Source: an uncultured Acidobacteriota bacterium
GTDB lineage: Bacteria > Acidobacteriota > UBA4820 > DSQY01
Reading direction: 5' to 3'
Length of the DNA: 64,000 nt
Assembly (NCBI GenBank): GCA_963772255.1
Contig: CAVYWK010000022.1
Location: 242,525-306,524, forward strand
Shown here: positions 50,560 through 60,451 of the stretch, in pieces
How positions within the stretch are numbered: position 1 is the first letter of the stretch
Layout: every line of letters begins with the position of its first letter
Position numbers and translations under genes: made by a program
The notes under the pieces: model-generated
What the model was told of the DNA's origin: nothing
Database searches by the model: none
Seen by the model: only the letters and a program-made list of their open reading frames with translations

Positions 50560-52185
50560 CTACAAAATAAAGTCCGTGGTGATGAAGCTCGAGCGGTGAT
50601 CGCGGACGATGTCCTCGATGAGGGCCTTGTTGGCCTCCGTGGTTTTGGCGGCGACGATGGTCCGGATGGAAAAGACGCGCAGGGCGTCGGAGACGGAGAG
50701 GGTGCCCTCCGCCGAATCCTTCCGGCCGCAGAAGGGGAACGTGTCGGGGCCGCGCTGGCACTGGCTGTTGATGTTCACGCGGCAGACCTGGTTCACGAGC
50801 GGGTCCACGAGCTTGCCGATGACGGCGGGGTCGGTCCCGAAAATGCTCACCTGCTGGCCGTAGGGCGAGTCGATGACGTACCGCACGGGCGTCTCGGTGT
50901 CGTCGAAGGCGGCCACGGGGATGATGGGTCCGAACTGCTCCTCGTGGTATACGCGCATGCTTGCGTCCACGGGGTAGAGGATGGCGGGACAGAAGAAGGT
51001 GCCTTCGAATTTTCCCCCTCCGGGATTGACGATGCGCGCACCCTTGGCCAGCGCGTCCTCCATGAGGGTGATCTGGTACTGGACCCGTTCCGGATCGGGC
51101 ATGGGCGTGATGCCGACGCCCGGGTCCCAGGGCATGCCGCACTTGAGGGCCGAAACGGCGTCGCAGAGCTTCTCCAGAAAGGTGCCCACCGCGTTCTTGT
51201 GGACCCAGAGGATCTTCAGGGCCGTGCACCGCTGACCGTTGTAGGACAATGCGCCCAGGGCGCTCTCGGACGCCGCTTGGTCGAGGTCCGCATCCTTGAG
51301 GATGATGGCCGCGTTCTTGGCCTCCAATCCCAGGACCGACCGAAGACGATGGGGCGTGGGATGCTGTTTTTTCAAGCTGTCCGCCACCTTGCTGGAACCG
51401 ATGAAAGCCAGGACGTCAATCTTGCCGGTGGCCATGAGGGGGTGGACCACCTCCTGACCCCGGCCGAAGAGGGTGTTCACCACCCCAGGCGGGAAGGAGT
51501 CCCGGAAGGCCTCCAGCAGTGGGAAGTGCAGGAGCACGCCCTGGCGCGGCGGTTTGAAGAGGACGGTGTTGCCCATGATGAGGGCCGGGATGAGGAAGGT
51601 GAAGGTTTCGTTGAGGGGATAGTTGTAGGGGCCCATGCAAAGGGCCACGCCCAGGGGCCCCCGCCGGATCTGCCCCACGATGCCCTGGGCGAGCGTGAAG
51701 CGGGAGGAGACCCGGTCCAGGTCCTTCAGGGCATCCATGGTGTCGCGGATGTATTCCAGCGTGCGGTCGAACTCCTTGGCCGCGTCGGCGTGTGTCTTGG
51801 CGATCTCCCACATGAGCAGGCGCACCATCTCGTCCCGCTTCTGCTTCATGCGGTGGGCGAAGCGCTCCATGTAGCCGATGCGCTCGCGCACGGACATGGT
51901 GGGCCATCGGCCGCGGCCGTGGTCGTAAGCCTTCACGGCGGCGTCGAGCGCCTCCATGGCATCGGGGGTGCCCATGAGGGGATAGCTCCCGAGCGGTCTT
52001 TGGCGAGGGCCCTGAGGTGTGCTCATGCAGACGGGGGAGAGGACTTCCCGCATGGGGCCACTCCAGGGCCTGATCTCTCCGTCTACGAGAATGCGGTCAC
52101 ATACCACCGGGCCGTCGAGGCGAAACTCGGCGGGGATATCCTTCTCCTGAGGGAACACAAACCCGCAGGCATCATTAACAGGCAT
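50560..52185 (-). CDS. gapN: Non-phosphorylating NADP-dependent glyceraldehyde-3-phosphate dehydrogenase (ALDH family)
   Basis: GPYNYPLNE, FIGSS, LGLEAKN, SYNGQRCTALK, EEQFGP and FPFCGRKDSAEG. Confidence 0.88.
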   Translation of the reverse strand: MPVNDACGFVFPQEKDIPAEFRLDGPVVCDRILVDGEIRPWSGPMREVLSPVCMSTPQGPRQRPLGSYPLMGTPDAMEALDAAVKAYDHGRGRWPTMSVRERIGYMERFAHRMKQKRDEMVRLLMWEIAKTHADAAKEFDRTLEYIRDTMDALKDLDRVSSRFTLAQGIVGQIRRGPLGVALCMGPYNYPLNETFTFLIPALIMGNTVLFKPPRQGVLLHFPLLEAFRDSFPPGVVNTLFGRGQEVVHPLMATGKIDVLAFIGSSKVADSLKKQHPTPHRLRSVLGLEAKNAAIILKDADLDQAASESALGALSYNGQRCTALKILWVHKNAVGTFLEKLCDAVSALKCGMPWDPGVGITPMPDPERVQYQITLMEDALAKGARIVNPGGGKFEGTFFCPAILYPVDASMRVYHEEQFGPIIPVAAFDDTETPVRYVIDSPYGQQVSIFGTDPAVIGKLVDPLVNQVCRVNINSQCQRGPDTFPFCGRKDSAEGTLSVSDALRVFSIRTIVAAKTTEANKALIEDIVRDHRSSFITTDFIL

Positions 52186-52223
52186 GGCGCGTGCCTCCTT
52201 TGTGAGCATTGTACGCCTATCCG

Positions 52224-52625
52224 CTACAGGTCCTTGTCTGGCCCGGCACCCCAGAAGTTGGTGGATTCCCGCGCATCCTCTCCATACCATCGCTCCTGCT
52301 CCTCGGTGATGAAGCAGGTGGCGTGGGATCCGTAAACCTTGGAGAAGACCACCGAGCCCCGCACGCCGGAGGAAGTAGAGAAGTGGATCTCGGCCCAGGC
52401 CTTTCCCTTGGCCGAGGAGAGGTCGCCACCGCAGACGGGACAGGCGAACTCCACCCGGTCACCCTTCTCCAGCTCCAAGCCGTGGGGGATGAACACGTCG
52501 TAGTTGCCGGGCTTGGGACTGAACAGCAAGAGGCCGTTCCGCTTCTTGTGCCGTGCTCGAAGGACGATCTTCACGTTGGGATTGAGCGTTGCGTGGCAGT
52601 GTGGACAGGTATAGGTCCGCTTCAT
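52224..52625 (-). CDS. Hypothetical protein with two CPxC motifs and a further HxxC
   Basis: CPHC, CPVC and HATC. RBS ggggaacc. Confidence 0.75.
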   Translation of the reverse strand: MKRTYTCPHCHATLNPNVKIVLRARHKKRNGLLLFSPKPGNYDVFIPHGLELEKGDRVEFACPVCGGDLSSAKGKAWAEIHFSTSSGVRGSVVFSKVYGSHATCFITEEQERWYGEDARESTNFWGAGPDKDL

Positions 52626-52754
52626 GGCGGTTCCCCCATGGGTTTCTGGCCTAAACTTAGTGCTCCATGTTCCCGCTGTAAAGCGCCTTCTTTAAAAAGC
52701 AGGGTCTTGGCGGCACGTCCTTGCCGGGCGCATCATTCTCCAAGGAGGGATCCT

Positions 52755-53798
52755 ATGAGGCGAGTTGGGCTTGGGCTGTTTCTTTGGGTGGCGAGTTCCC
52801 TGATCTCCTCGGTTTGGGCCGCATGGCCCGATCCCAGCATCTTCTTGCAACCCGATGGGGGCTATCTGGGCCAGAAGCCTCCCGGCAAGGATCCCGAGAT
52901 CTTCGCTCCCGGCGTGGTCAACACGGGGATGTACACCCGGGACGTGGCGATGACACCTGACGGGAACGAGATCTACTGGACGGCCACGGTGGGGAACTGG
53001 ACCATCACGACCATTTTGTTCAGCAAAAGGGTGGGGGGGCACTGGACGGCGCCCGAGGTGGCCCCCTTCGCCACGGACCCACGTGCGCACCACATCGAAC
53101 CCTGCATCTCACCCGACGGCCAGAAATTCTTCTTCGCGTCGGACCGGCCGGGTCCCAAGGAGGGGGAGGACGCGAATTTCGACATTTACGTCATGGAGCG
53201 CAAGGAGGGTGGTTGGAGCGAGCCCCAGAGCCTGGGACCAGCCATCAACACGCCCCGGGGGGAATTCTTCCCCTCAGTGACCAAGGAGGGCACCCTCTAC
53301 TTCACGAGAGACGATGGCCCGGCCTCCGGGCATATATGGCGGACCCGTTGGGTGGACGGGCACTATGCAGCACCGGAAAAGCTGCCTTCTCCGGTGAATC
53401 AGGGGGCCTCCCAGTTCAATGCGTTCGTCGCCGTCGACGAGAGCTACCTCGTCTTCTCGGTGCCCGGCAGGAGGACGAACCTCGGATCGGTAGACTACTA
53501 CGTGGCGTTTCGGAGCGGGGATGATGCCTGGAGCGATCCTGTCAATCTCGGGCCCGCCATCAATGGCAGGAAGTGCGAGGGCTACTCGTCCTATGTGTCC
53601 AGAGACGGCAAATACTTCTTTTTCGCCTCGGCACGCACCCGCAAGGACCTCCTCGGTCCGGGGGAAAAGTTGACCTGCGCCAAGTTGCGGGAGCTGCACG
53701 ACACGGGTGGAAACGGGACCTCGGCCATTTACTGGATGGACGCGGGGTTCATCGCGGACCTCAGGCCTCCACCACCCAGGCAGGCGCCTCCTGCTTAG
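52755..53798 (+). CDS. Secreted PD40 / TolB-like beta-propeller protein
   Basis: Signal peptide, YLGQKPPG..PEIFAPG, repeated P.ISPDG..FF.S.R and LGPAIN. Confidence 0.85.
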   Translation: MRRVGLGLFLWVASSLISSVWAAWPDPSIFLQPDGGYLGQKPPGKDPEIFAPGVVNTGMYTRDVAMTPDGNEIYWTATVGNWTITTILFSKRVGGHWTAPEVAPFATDPRAHHIEPCISPDGQKFFFASDRPGPKEGEDANFDIYVMERKEGGWSEPQSLGPAINTPRGEFFPSVTKEGTLYFTRDDGPASGHIWRTRWVDGHYAAPEKLPSPVNQGASQFNAFVAVDESYLVFSVPGRRTNLGSVDYYVAFRSGDDAWSDPVNLGPAINGRKCEGYSSYVSRDGKYFFFASARTRKDLLGPGEKLTCAKLRELHDTGGNGTSAIYWMDAGFIADLRPPPPRQAPPA

Positions 53799-53926
53799 CG
53801 TGTCGCAGAAATACCCGCATGGGGCGCGCGTAAGAGACATCCGTCGCCAGACGCCTCTGCGCTCCACGGCCGCCGCACCGGGAACCTTTTCCTCGGCGCG
53901 CTCGTCATGAAGGGTGAGGAGGCCGG

Positions 53927-54547
53927 ATGAACGGTTCCACACCTTCGCCAGATCTGTTCCTCGCTCGCCGCGCCGCGGCGGGGCACGATGACGCCTGGGC
54001 CGACCTCATCGACCGCCACGGACGGCGCCTCTACAATCTGGCGCTCCAGTTCAGCGGAGGCCGGGAGGAGGCCGAGGATCTGACCCAGGAGATCTTCATT
54101 CGGCTCTACCAAAACCTCCGGACTTACCGGGGAGAGGTCCCCCTCCTGGGTTGGGCGCTTCGGCTGTCCAGGAATCTATGCATCGATCACTACCGCCGGT
54201 CCCGCCAGGAGCGAAAGTGGCACCGCGTGACCGAGGCGGTCCTCGAACAGCTGCCAGCCACAGGAGACTTTGAAGCGGACCTCCAGCGCCGGCAACACCT
54301 TGAGGCGGTCTACGAGGCCCTCTCCGAGATCGAAGAGGTCCACGCCGAGGCGGTTCTTCTCTGCGACCTGCAGGGGCTCTCCCTGGAGGAGGCCTCCGTC
54401 TACCTGGACATCCCCCTCGGAACCCTCAAGTCTCGCCTGCACCGGGGCCGTCAGCACCTGACGGAGGTGGTTCGGGACCGGATCGGGTTGGGCCGCGGTG
54501 CGGGCGACATGGCCACGGGAACCACAAGGGGGAGAATGCCGTGCTGA
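53927..54547 (+). CDS. ECF RNA polymerase sigma factor
   Basis: AEDLTQEIF, WALRLSRNLCIDHYRR and LGTLKSRLHRGR. Confidence 0.93.
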   Translation: MNGSTPSPDLFLARRAAAGHDDAWADLIDRHGRRLYNLALQFSGGREEAEDLTQEIFIRLYQNLRTYRGEVPLLGWALRLSRNLCIDHYRRSRQERKWHRVTEAVLEQLPATGDFEADLQRRQHLEAVYEALSEIEEVHAEAVLLCDLQGLSLEEASVYLDIPLGTLKSRLHRGRQHLTEVVRDRIGLGRGAGDMATGTTRGRMPC

Positions 54548-55224
54548 AGGAGCGGTGCCGCGCCTTTCGCGAGGAATTCATGCCCGGCCTGACGGACGGG
54601 CACGGCGGCGAGTGCCCAGATTGCCTACAATGGGTCCAAGACATTGAACGCCTTCGCGCCTGCGGGGCGAACCTGCCCCTTCCCGGGGAGATTCGATCCC
54701 GCCTGGAACAGCTGCCTGCGGGCCAGGGGCAGCAGGATCCGGGACCCGCCCTCGGCAGGCTTCCCCAGGTTCCCCTTCCCGCCGGGTTGATGGCTGCCCT
54801 TTACAGAGTCCCTACCGAATCACCATCGAGGCGCGCGACGAATCCTGGCCTCGCCCGGACGGGCGAGATGGTGGCCGCGAGCCTCCTATTCTCCGCATTG
54901 CTCACGCTGGGGCTTGGCGGCAAGGTTTTCATCGAGGGCAACCGGCTGCCTCCCAACCTCTCCGCGGTGTCAACGGTCGCGGCCAAAGCTCTCCGCCAGG
55001 CTGGAGATGAGGGGAACCAGACGCTCCTGAGCGCGGGAGAGTCCATCGTCCGTGGATGCATCTTCGCCAACCGTTCCCTGGAGAGCCTGATCGAACGCAT
55101 GAGCTCTCCAGGATCCCCGCCCTCTCCCGATCCACCACCACCCTCGGCCGCTCCGGGCGCACCTTCGCAGCCCTCCCGTCCAGAAAAAAAGGAGACCCCC
55201 CATGGAAGCCACCCAGCCCGCTGA
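54541..55224 (+). CDS. Putative membrane-bound zinc-binding anti-sigma factor
   Basis: HGGECPDC (ZAS Hx3Cx2C), one TM helix, overlaps the sigma gene. Confidence 0.72.
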   Translation: MLKERCRAFREEFMPGLTDGHGGECPDCLQWVQDIERLRACGANLPLPGEIRSRLEQLPAGQGQQDPGPALGRLPQVPLPAGLMAALYRVPTESPSRRATNPGLARTGEMVAASLLFSALLTLGLGGKVFIEGNRLPPNLSAVSTVAAKALRQAGDEGNQTLLSAGESIVRGCIFANRSLESLIERMSSPGSPPSPDPPPPSAAPGAPSQPSRPEKKETPHGSHPAR

Positions 55225-55762
55225 ATCCCGTGTCGCCGAAGAGCATGTCCTGCCGCACCCCATTTCCGCTGCACCACCCATGATCAAGAGGCCCATGATT
55301 GCGGGTTTTCTCGCCCTTTTTCCCGGGATCGGGAACATCTACAACGGGCTCTACGTGCGCGGGGCGGTCTTTTTCACGATCATCGCCTGCCTGGTGGCCC
55401 TGGGCAACGATGGAGAGTCGCACTCCGTCCTCGGTTTTGTCGTGGCATTCGCCTGGATCTTCAATGTGCTCGATTCCTACCGGCAAGCCCAGCTTATCAA
55501 CCTCGGCGTGGGCCAGGACCTGGGCCTGAACGACCTGCCCGCCGCGCCCAAGGCGGGCCAGGGCGGCTTGTTGGCGGGCATCCTCATGCTCGTCCTCGGT
55601 ATCGTGGCCAGCCTGCAGGTGTACCTTGACATCGACCTCTCGTGGATCATCAAGTTCTGGCCCCTCGCCCTGGTGGGGATCGGAGGGTGGCTCATCTTCG
55701 CGTGGTTCCGGGAAAAACGACGGCGCGAGAATCCGGAAGTGGGCGAGGGCGACCTTAGGTAG
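55202..55762 (+). CDS. Membrane protein (LiaF-like / DUF5668-like)
   Basis: LFPGIGNIYNG, four TM segments and KFWPLALV. Confidence 0.7.
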   Translation: MEATQPAESRVAEEHVLPHPISAAPPMIKRPMIAGFLALFPGIGNIYNGLYVRGAVFFTIIACLVALGNDGESHSVLGFVVAFAWIFNVLDSYRQAQLINLGVGQDLGLNDLPAAPKAGQGGLLAGILMLVLGIVASLQVYLDIDLSWIIKFWPLALVGIGGWLIFAWFREKRRRENPEVGEGDLR

Positions 55763-55873
55763 CGGGGTTCTGGCCCGGGGAGGGGCAGGACACCTGCCCC
55801 TCCCACGGGTTCCGCCTGGTGAACGGTGGGTAGGTCTGCTGTACACTGGGTCCTTCCGTGGGGAGGGCCCGAG

Positions 55874-56458
55874 ATGAAAAAAAGCGCGTCGAGGGAACCC
55901 GGTGCGCCGCTGACCCCCCTGGATGTGGACCGAGCCCGCCTGGAATTCGTCTTCGACGGCGTGTTCGCCATCGCCATGACCCTCCTCGTCCTGGAACTGA
56001 AAGTCCCGGAACTGGCAGACACCCGCTCCGTGAGGGAGCTGATCTCGGGGCTCGCACACCACGGGGCGGCGTTCTTCAGCTACGGCCTGAGCTTTGCCAT
56101 GCTGGGCATCCTCTGGTATAACCACCAGCGCCAGTACCGGTTCATCCGCAGGGTGACCCCTGGCATCTTCATCGCCAACCTCATCCTCATGGCCACCGCA
56201 GCCGCGTTCCCGTTCTGCGCGGCCCTCTTCGGCCGCTACCCCCTCAACGGCTTTTCCGTCGTGCTCTACCTAGCCTGCCTCTTCGTCCACATGGCGGCTT
56301 CCTGCGCGCAATGGCGCCTCGCAGAGCGGGCAGGCGCCCTGAGTCCCGACCTCGAACCGGCACGCGCCGCGAAATTCCGGCGCGGGTCTCTCGCAGGGAG
56401 CCTCGCTCTGGGATTCCTCGCCCTGACCTACCTGGTCCTGGCCCTGAGCCGGCTCTGA
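55874..56458 (+). CDS. TMEM175-family potassium channel
   Basis: RLEFVFDGVFAIAMTLLVLEL, SFAMLGILWYNH and FPF. Confidence 0.88.
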   Translation: MKKSASREPGAPLTPLDVDRARLEFVFDGVFAIAMTLLVLELKVPELADTRSVRELISGLAHHGAAFFSYGLSFAMLGILWYNHQRQYRFIRRVTPGIFIANLILMATAAAFPFCAALFGRYPLNGFSVVLYLACLFVHMAASCAQWRLAERAGALSPDLEPARAAKFRRGSLAGSLALGFLALTYLVLALSRL

Positions 56459-56484
56459 TTGCTCGCAGCCTCCCGGGGGTCCAC

Positions 56485-57378
56485 TTGAACAGGGGATTCA
56501 CCTATACCGAAACCATTGGCAGGCGGGGCGAGGGCCGGGGGCTTTTGGAATACCTCTCCCGACGCTACGTTCACACGCCGGAACCCGCTTGGCGCGAGCG
56601 CATCGAGGGCGGCCTGGTTCTCGTGGACGGGAGGCGGGGAGACTGCCCGGAGATCCTCCGCACGGGCCAGACCGTCACTTGGTCTCGGCCGCCCTGGGAG
56701 GAGCCGGCCGCCCCACTAACGTACGCCGTCCTGTTCGAGGACGAGGACCTGCTGGCCGTAGCCAAACCCTCGGGCTTGCCGACGCTGCCGGGCGCCGGGT
56801 ACCTGGACAACACGCTGTTGGCCCTCGTCCGCCGCCGGACGCCCGGCGCTTCGCCCGTACACCGGCTGGGACGGGGCACTTCGGGCATCGTCCTTTTTTC
56901 CAGAACGCGCGCGGCCATGCGCGCCATCAGCGAAGATTGGCGAGAACACCGCGTCACGAAAATCTACCGGGGGCTGGCCACCGGAACGCCCGAAGCCGAC
57001 GAGTTCGTGGTGGAAACCCCTATCGGCCCGGTGCCGCACCCGGCGCTGGGGGTCGTGTACGCCGCGTCGCCGAATGGCAAGCCGGCCCGAAGCTTCGTGA
57101 GCGTGATCGAACGGCGGGAGGGATCGGCCCTACTGGAGGTTCGAATCGAGACGGGGCGGCCCCACCAGATCCGAATTCACATGGCCGCCATCGGGCACCC
57201 GCTCGTGGGCGATCCGCTCTATGTGGCCGGCGGCGGTATCCGCGAAGGCGAAAACGCACTCCCGGGCGACACGGGCTACTGGCTGCACGCCATGCGGCTG
57301 AGTCTCCCTCACCCGAGGACCGGGGAGCCCTTCTCGGTGGAATGCCCCCCTCCCCTCATGCTCCGGACCGACGCGTGA
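56485..57378 (+). CDS. RluA-family pseudouridine synthase
   Basis: KPSGLPT, HRLGRGTSG, TGRPHQIRIH, GHPLVGD and LHA. Catalytic HRLD reads HRLG here. Start approximate. Confidence 0.88.
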   Translation: MNRGFTYTETIGRRGEGRGLLEYLSRRYVHTPEPAWRERIEGGLVLVDGRRGDCPEILRTGQTVTWSRPPWEEPAAPLTYAVLFEDEDLLAVAKPSGLPTLPGAGYLDNTLLALVRRRTPGASPVHRLGRGTSGIVLFSRTRAAMRAISEDWREHRVTKIYRGLATGTPEADEFVVETPIGPVPHPALGVVYAASPNGKPARSFVSVIERREGSALLEVRIETGRPHQIRIHMAAIGHPLVGDPLYVAGGGIREGENALPGDTGYWLHAMRLSLPHPRTGEPFSVECPPPLMLRTDA

Positions 57379-57402
57379 GGCGGTGAAGGCGCTGCACTGC
57401 TT

Positions 57403-58974
57403 TTATAGGTTGGCCCAGTACTTCTCAAAGACCACGGCCGAGAGCAGGAACCCCAACGGAACATTGACCAGGACCCCTAGGGTGAAGGCCCAGAAGGGCT
57501 TGAGCCCGAAGGTCGCCAGATCTCTGAACCGCGTGGAGAGGCCGATACACAAGAAGCACAGCACGAACGCCCAGGAGCGCAGTTTCTTGACGGGCCCCAC
57601 GACCTGCGGGGTCAGGACGCTCTCGAACCAGTTCGTCCGGACGCGGAGGGCGTCCAGGGCGCGGGCCTGATCGGGCGTGGCGGACTCGGCCAGCAGCTTG
57701 CGGTCCTCCCGGGACATGGGCCCCTTGAAGGCAAGGGTCTTCCCCTGGGCATCCACCGTGAATCGGTCTGCCAGAGCCACGGGTATGGTGAACGCCGCGA
57801 AATCTGCCCGGTAGGAAAGGCCCTGGAAGCTACCCTCCCAAGGGCCCGTGGCCGTTCGTCCTGCAGGGGGGCGGGCGGAGACGAAGCTCATGATCACGGA
57901 GGCGGCCAGAAACCCGATGACGAACTTGGGGAAGCGCTCCCAGATGATGGCGGCGCTGACGCGGCCGGCTTTCTCGCCGGCGACCTTGTCCCAGGAGATC
58001 ACCGACACCACGGAAAGAATAAGGCACCAGATGCCGATCCAGATATCCCGCCCGATGACCTTCATGAGGGTGAAGGCATTGATGGGAGCGTCCCCGAAGC
58101 GCGTGGCCAATTCGGCCACTACGGCCAGGCCCGCCGCGTCGGCGAACTCGGAGTTGCCCACCCAGGCCCCCGCCACGCCCGGGGAGAGGGTGTTGGGAAC
58201 GAGTTGCTTGAGGAGGATGGTGAGGAAGAAGATCATGACGATGGCCCAGATGGTGACCACCGCGATGGCGATGGAGATGTGGTCCTTCTTGGCCTTCACC
58301 GCGCCGCCCACGGCGATGGAGGCCGAGACGCCGCAGACCGCCCCGGCGGCGCCCAGCACGGCTCCGAATTTGGGCTCGAGCTTGAAGATCCGCGTGGCGG
58401 CGAAATAGATGGTCAGCCACGTGGTCACGGAGACGATGGTGGCCTGCAAGAAGGCCACGGGTCCCGCCGTGAAGATCAAGGTGAGGGGCAGGGTCGCACC
58501 TAGGAGGACGATGCCCACCTTGATGTAAAACTCGGTGCAGAGGCAGTCCTTGCACCACTCGGGGATCTTGGCCACGTTGGAAATGAGAAGGCCCGCGATG
58601 AGAGCCAACAGGGGCGCCTCCAGGTTCCACTCCTCCATCACCTTCCAGCCCGCCAGGTAGAAGAGCGCCAGGGAGCCCGCGAAGAGCAGGATGAAGCCAG
58701 CCAGAAAGCGGCGGACGTTTCGGCCCATGACGGCGATGGCCAAGGCGAAGGCGGCCCCGAAGAGCACGAAGATGACGCCGTATCCCCAGGCGTGGGTGAC
58801 CAGGTCGCGGCCCGCCGCAGGCAGGGTGGACCACCGCGCCGGGGTCACCGCCCAGCCCTTGATAGAGCCTCCCGCCCAGAAGGTCCCAAGGGCCACCAGA
58901 ACCAGTCCCAGCCCCATCCAGACGGACCACCAGTCCTCGGTTTTCCACAAGGGTTCCAACTTGCGTGCGGCCAT
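57403..58974 (-). CDS. YeiH / putative sulfate exporter family membrane protein
   Basis: IKVGIVLLGA, GAVCGVSASIA, GAWVGNSE, MKVIGRD, FPKFVIGF and FLCIGLST. Confidence 0.85.
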   Translation of the reverse strand: MAARKLEPLWKTEDWWSVWMGLGLVLVALGTFWAGGSIKGWAVTPARWSTLPAAGRDLVTHAWGYGVIFVLFGAAFALAIAVMGRNVRRFLAGFILLFAGSLALFYLAGWKVMEEWNLEAPLLALIAGLLISNVAKIPEWCKDCLCTEFYIKVGIVLLGATLPLTLIFTAGPVAFLQATIVSVTTWLTIYFAATRIFKLEPKFGAVLGAAGAVCGVSASIAVGGAVKAKKDHISIAIAVVTIWAIVMIFFLTILLKQLVPNTLSPGVAGAWVGNSEFADAAGLAVVAELATRFGDAPINAFTLMKVIGRDIWIGIWCLILSVVSVISWDKVAGEKAGRVSAAIIWERFPKFVIGFLAASVIMSFVSARPPAGRTATGPWEGSFQGLSYRADFAAFTIPVALADRFTVDAQGKTLAFKGPMSREDRKLLAESATPDQARALDALRVRTNWFESVLTPQVVGPVKKLRSWAFVLCFLCIGLSTRFRDLATFGLKPFWAFTLGVLVNVPLGFLLSAVVFEKYWANL

Positions 58975-59045
58975 GTTCTCCCCCCGTCCAGTGCCGGTCC
59001 CGTCCTCCCCCGGATGAAGCGTCCCCCGTCCTCCCGGTGGAGACC

Positions 59046-60335
59046 TTAGGCCCCGGTGCGCACCTTCAAAACGGTCGTTTCCCTGAGTTTGTCCGCCGGG
59101 AGAAACTTCCCGTCCGGTCCCACGGCGTTCAACTGACTATTGGCGATGTAGTAGAGGGTGTCCCCCACCAGCGTTCCCGTGGTGGGCATGCCCACAAACA
59201 GCGGGTTGTGTGCCTCCAGGACCTCCACCCGGTCCACCTTGTCCAGGGTCTTGTTGAGCACCAACCGGGCCACCCTGCGCGCGCAGTTCTGGATGCCCAT
59301 TAGGCTCCCCCGGAAAAAGTACAGACCGTCGATCCCTCCGATGAACACCTTGGCCCCGTGCTGAAGTTCCCCCCGGTCCCCAGTTTTGAGGTTGACCGTT
59401 GCGATGCCCGAGGCGTGGGCCACGAAGAGGGTGGTCTCGTCGGAGGAAAGGGCGATGCCGTTGGGATATTCGTAGAGCCCGTAAGGGGTCAGGAGAACGA
59501 GGTCGTCCTGTTCGGGGGAAATGCGGTAAACGGCGCCGGCAAGGCTGTCCGTCGCGAAGACCACCCCCTGGGAGGTGACGACGAGATCGTTGAGGAGGTG
59601 CGGGCCGGTCTTCCCGTCCATGACGTACTTCTTCAGGAGTTTCCTGGAGGTCAGGTCGTACTTGAAGATCCCCGAAAGCCCAGCCGTCCCTTCGTTGTGG
59701 CCCTCCATCCTCGGTCGGTCGGCGGTGCAGACCCAGAGGATTCGTCGCGAGGCGTCCACGGTCGCGCCCAGGCCGCTGAGGAACCCGTCCTGCCCTGGGG
59801 CGATGAAGTCCGTCACGGTTCCGGCCTTGTCCCGCACCACGATTTTTCGCTTGAGGATGCTCGTGAGATAGAAGGCCTCCTGGGCGGGGTCGTAGGCGAT
59901 GCCCTCGGGGAATAGGTCCCGCTCTGCCAGGGTAAACGCGGTCTCGCTGCGCGCCACCGGCTTGCGTGCCACTTCCAGCTTGCCCAGGAACGCCTGAAAT
60001 CCCGGGCTATCTCTCAGCGAGGCCAGGTCGGGGTCCGAAGGAGCGTCCCAGCCCAATTCCATGCCGGCCAGCCTGTCCAGGGTCTTCACGGCTTCAGCCT
60101 TGTTTCCCGTGAGGGCGAAGGCGCAGGCCAGGTTGTAGAGCACAGCCGGATCGTCCCCGGACATCTCCTTGGCTTTCTTGAGGTTGTCCAGGAAGGCGGA
60201 GTAGTCCTTTTTCTGGTAGGCGTCGTCCGCCTTTCGCATGAAGCCCGCCACACTGCTTCCCCCTTGGGCCAAATAGGGTAGAGTCAGGCAAAAAAACAAC
60301 GCCACCGCACATAGGTTCGGGAGAATCTTCTTCAT
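59046..60335 (-). CDS. Secreted TPR + SMP-30/gluconolactonase-like beta-propeller protein
   Basis: Signal peptide, YNLACAFAL (TPR), FPEGIAYD, LNDL, YPNGI and GIDGL. Confidence 0.8.
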   Translation of the reverse strand: MKKILPNLCAVALFFCLTLPYLAQGGSSVAGFMRKADDAYQKKDYSAFLDNLKKAKEMSGDDPAVLYNLACAFALTGNKAEAVKTLDRLAGMELGWDAPSDPDLASLRDSPGFQAFLGKLEVARKPVARSETAFTLAERDLFPEGIAYDPAQEAFYLTSILKRKIVVRDKAGTVTDFIAPGQDGFLSGLGATVDASRRILWVCTADRPRMEGHNEGTAGLSGIFKYDLTSRKLLKKYVMDGKTGPHLLNDLVVTSQGVVFATDSLAGAVYRISPEQDDLVLLTPYGLYEYPNGIALSSDETTLFVAHASGIATVNLKTGDRGELQHGAKVFIGGIDGLYFFRGSLMGIQNCARRVARLVLNKTLDKVDRVEVLEAHNPLFVGMPTTGTLVGDTLYYIANSQLNAVGPDGKFLPADKLRETTVLKVRTGA

Positions 60336-60451
60336 AGCCACCTCGCTCGGCGCACATTTTCTCACAAAATGGAGAGCGGGGGTGGAACCCTGCGAGCCTC
60401 CCTTGCGTAAGAATGGCAAAGAGCGCCCGTGCGGCGCTGGGGGGGGCGGCC

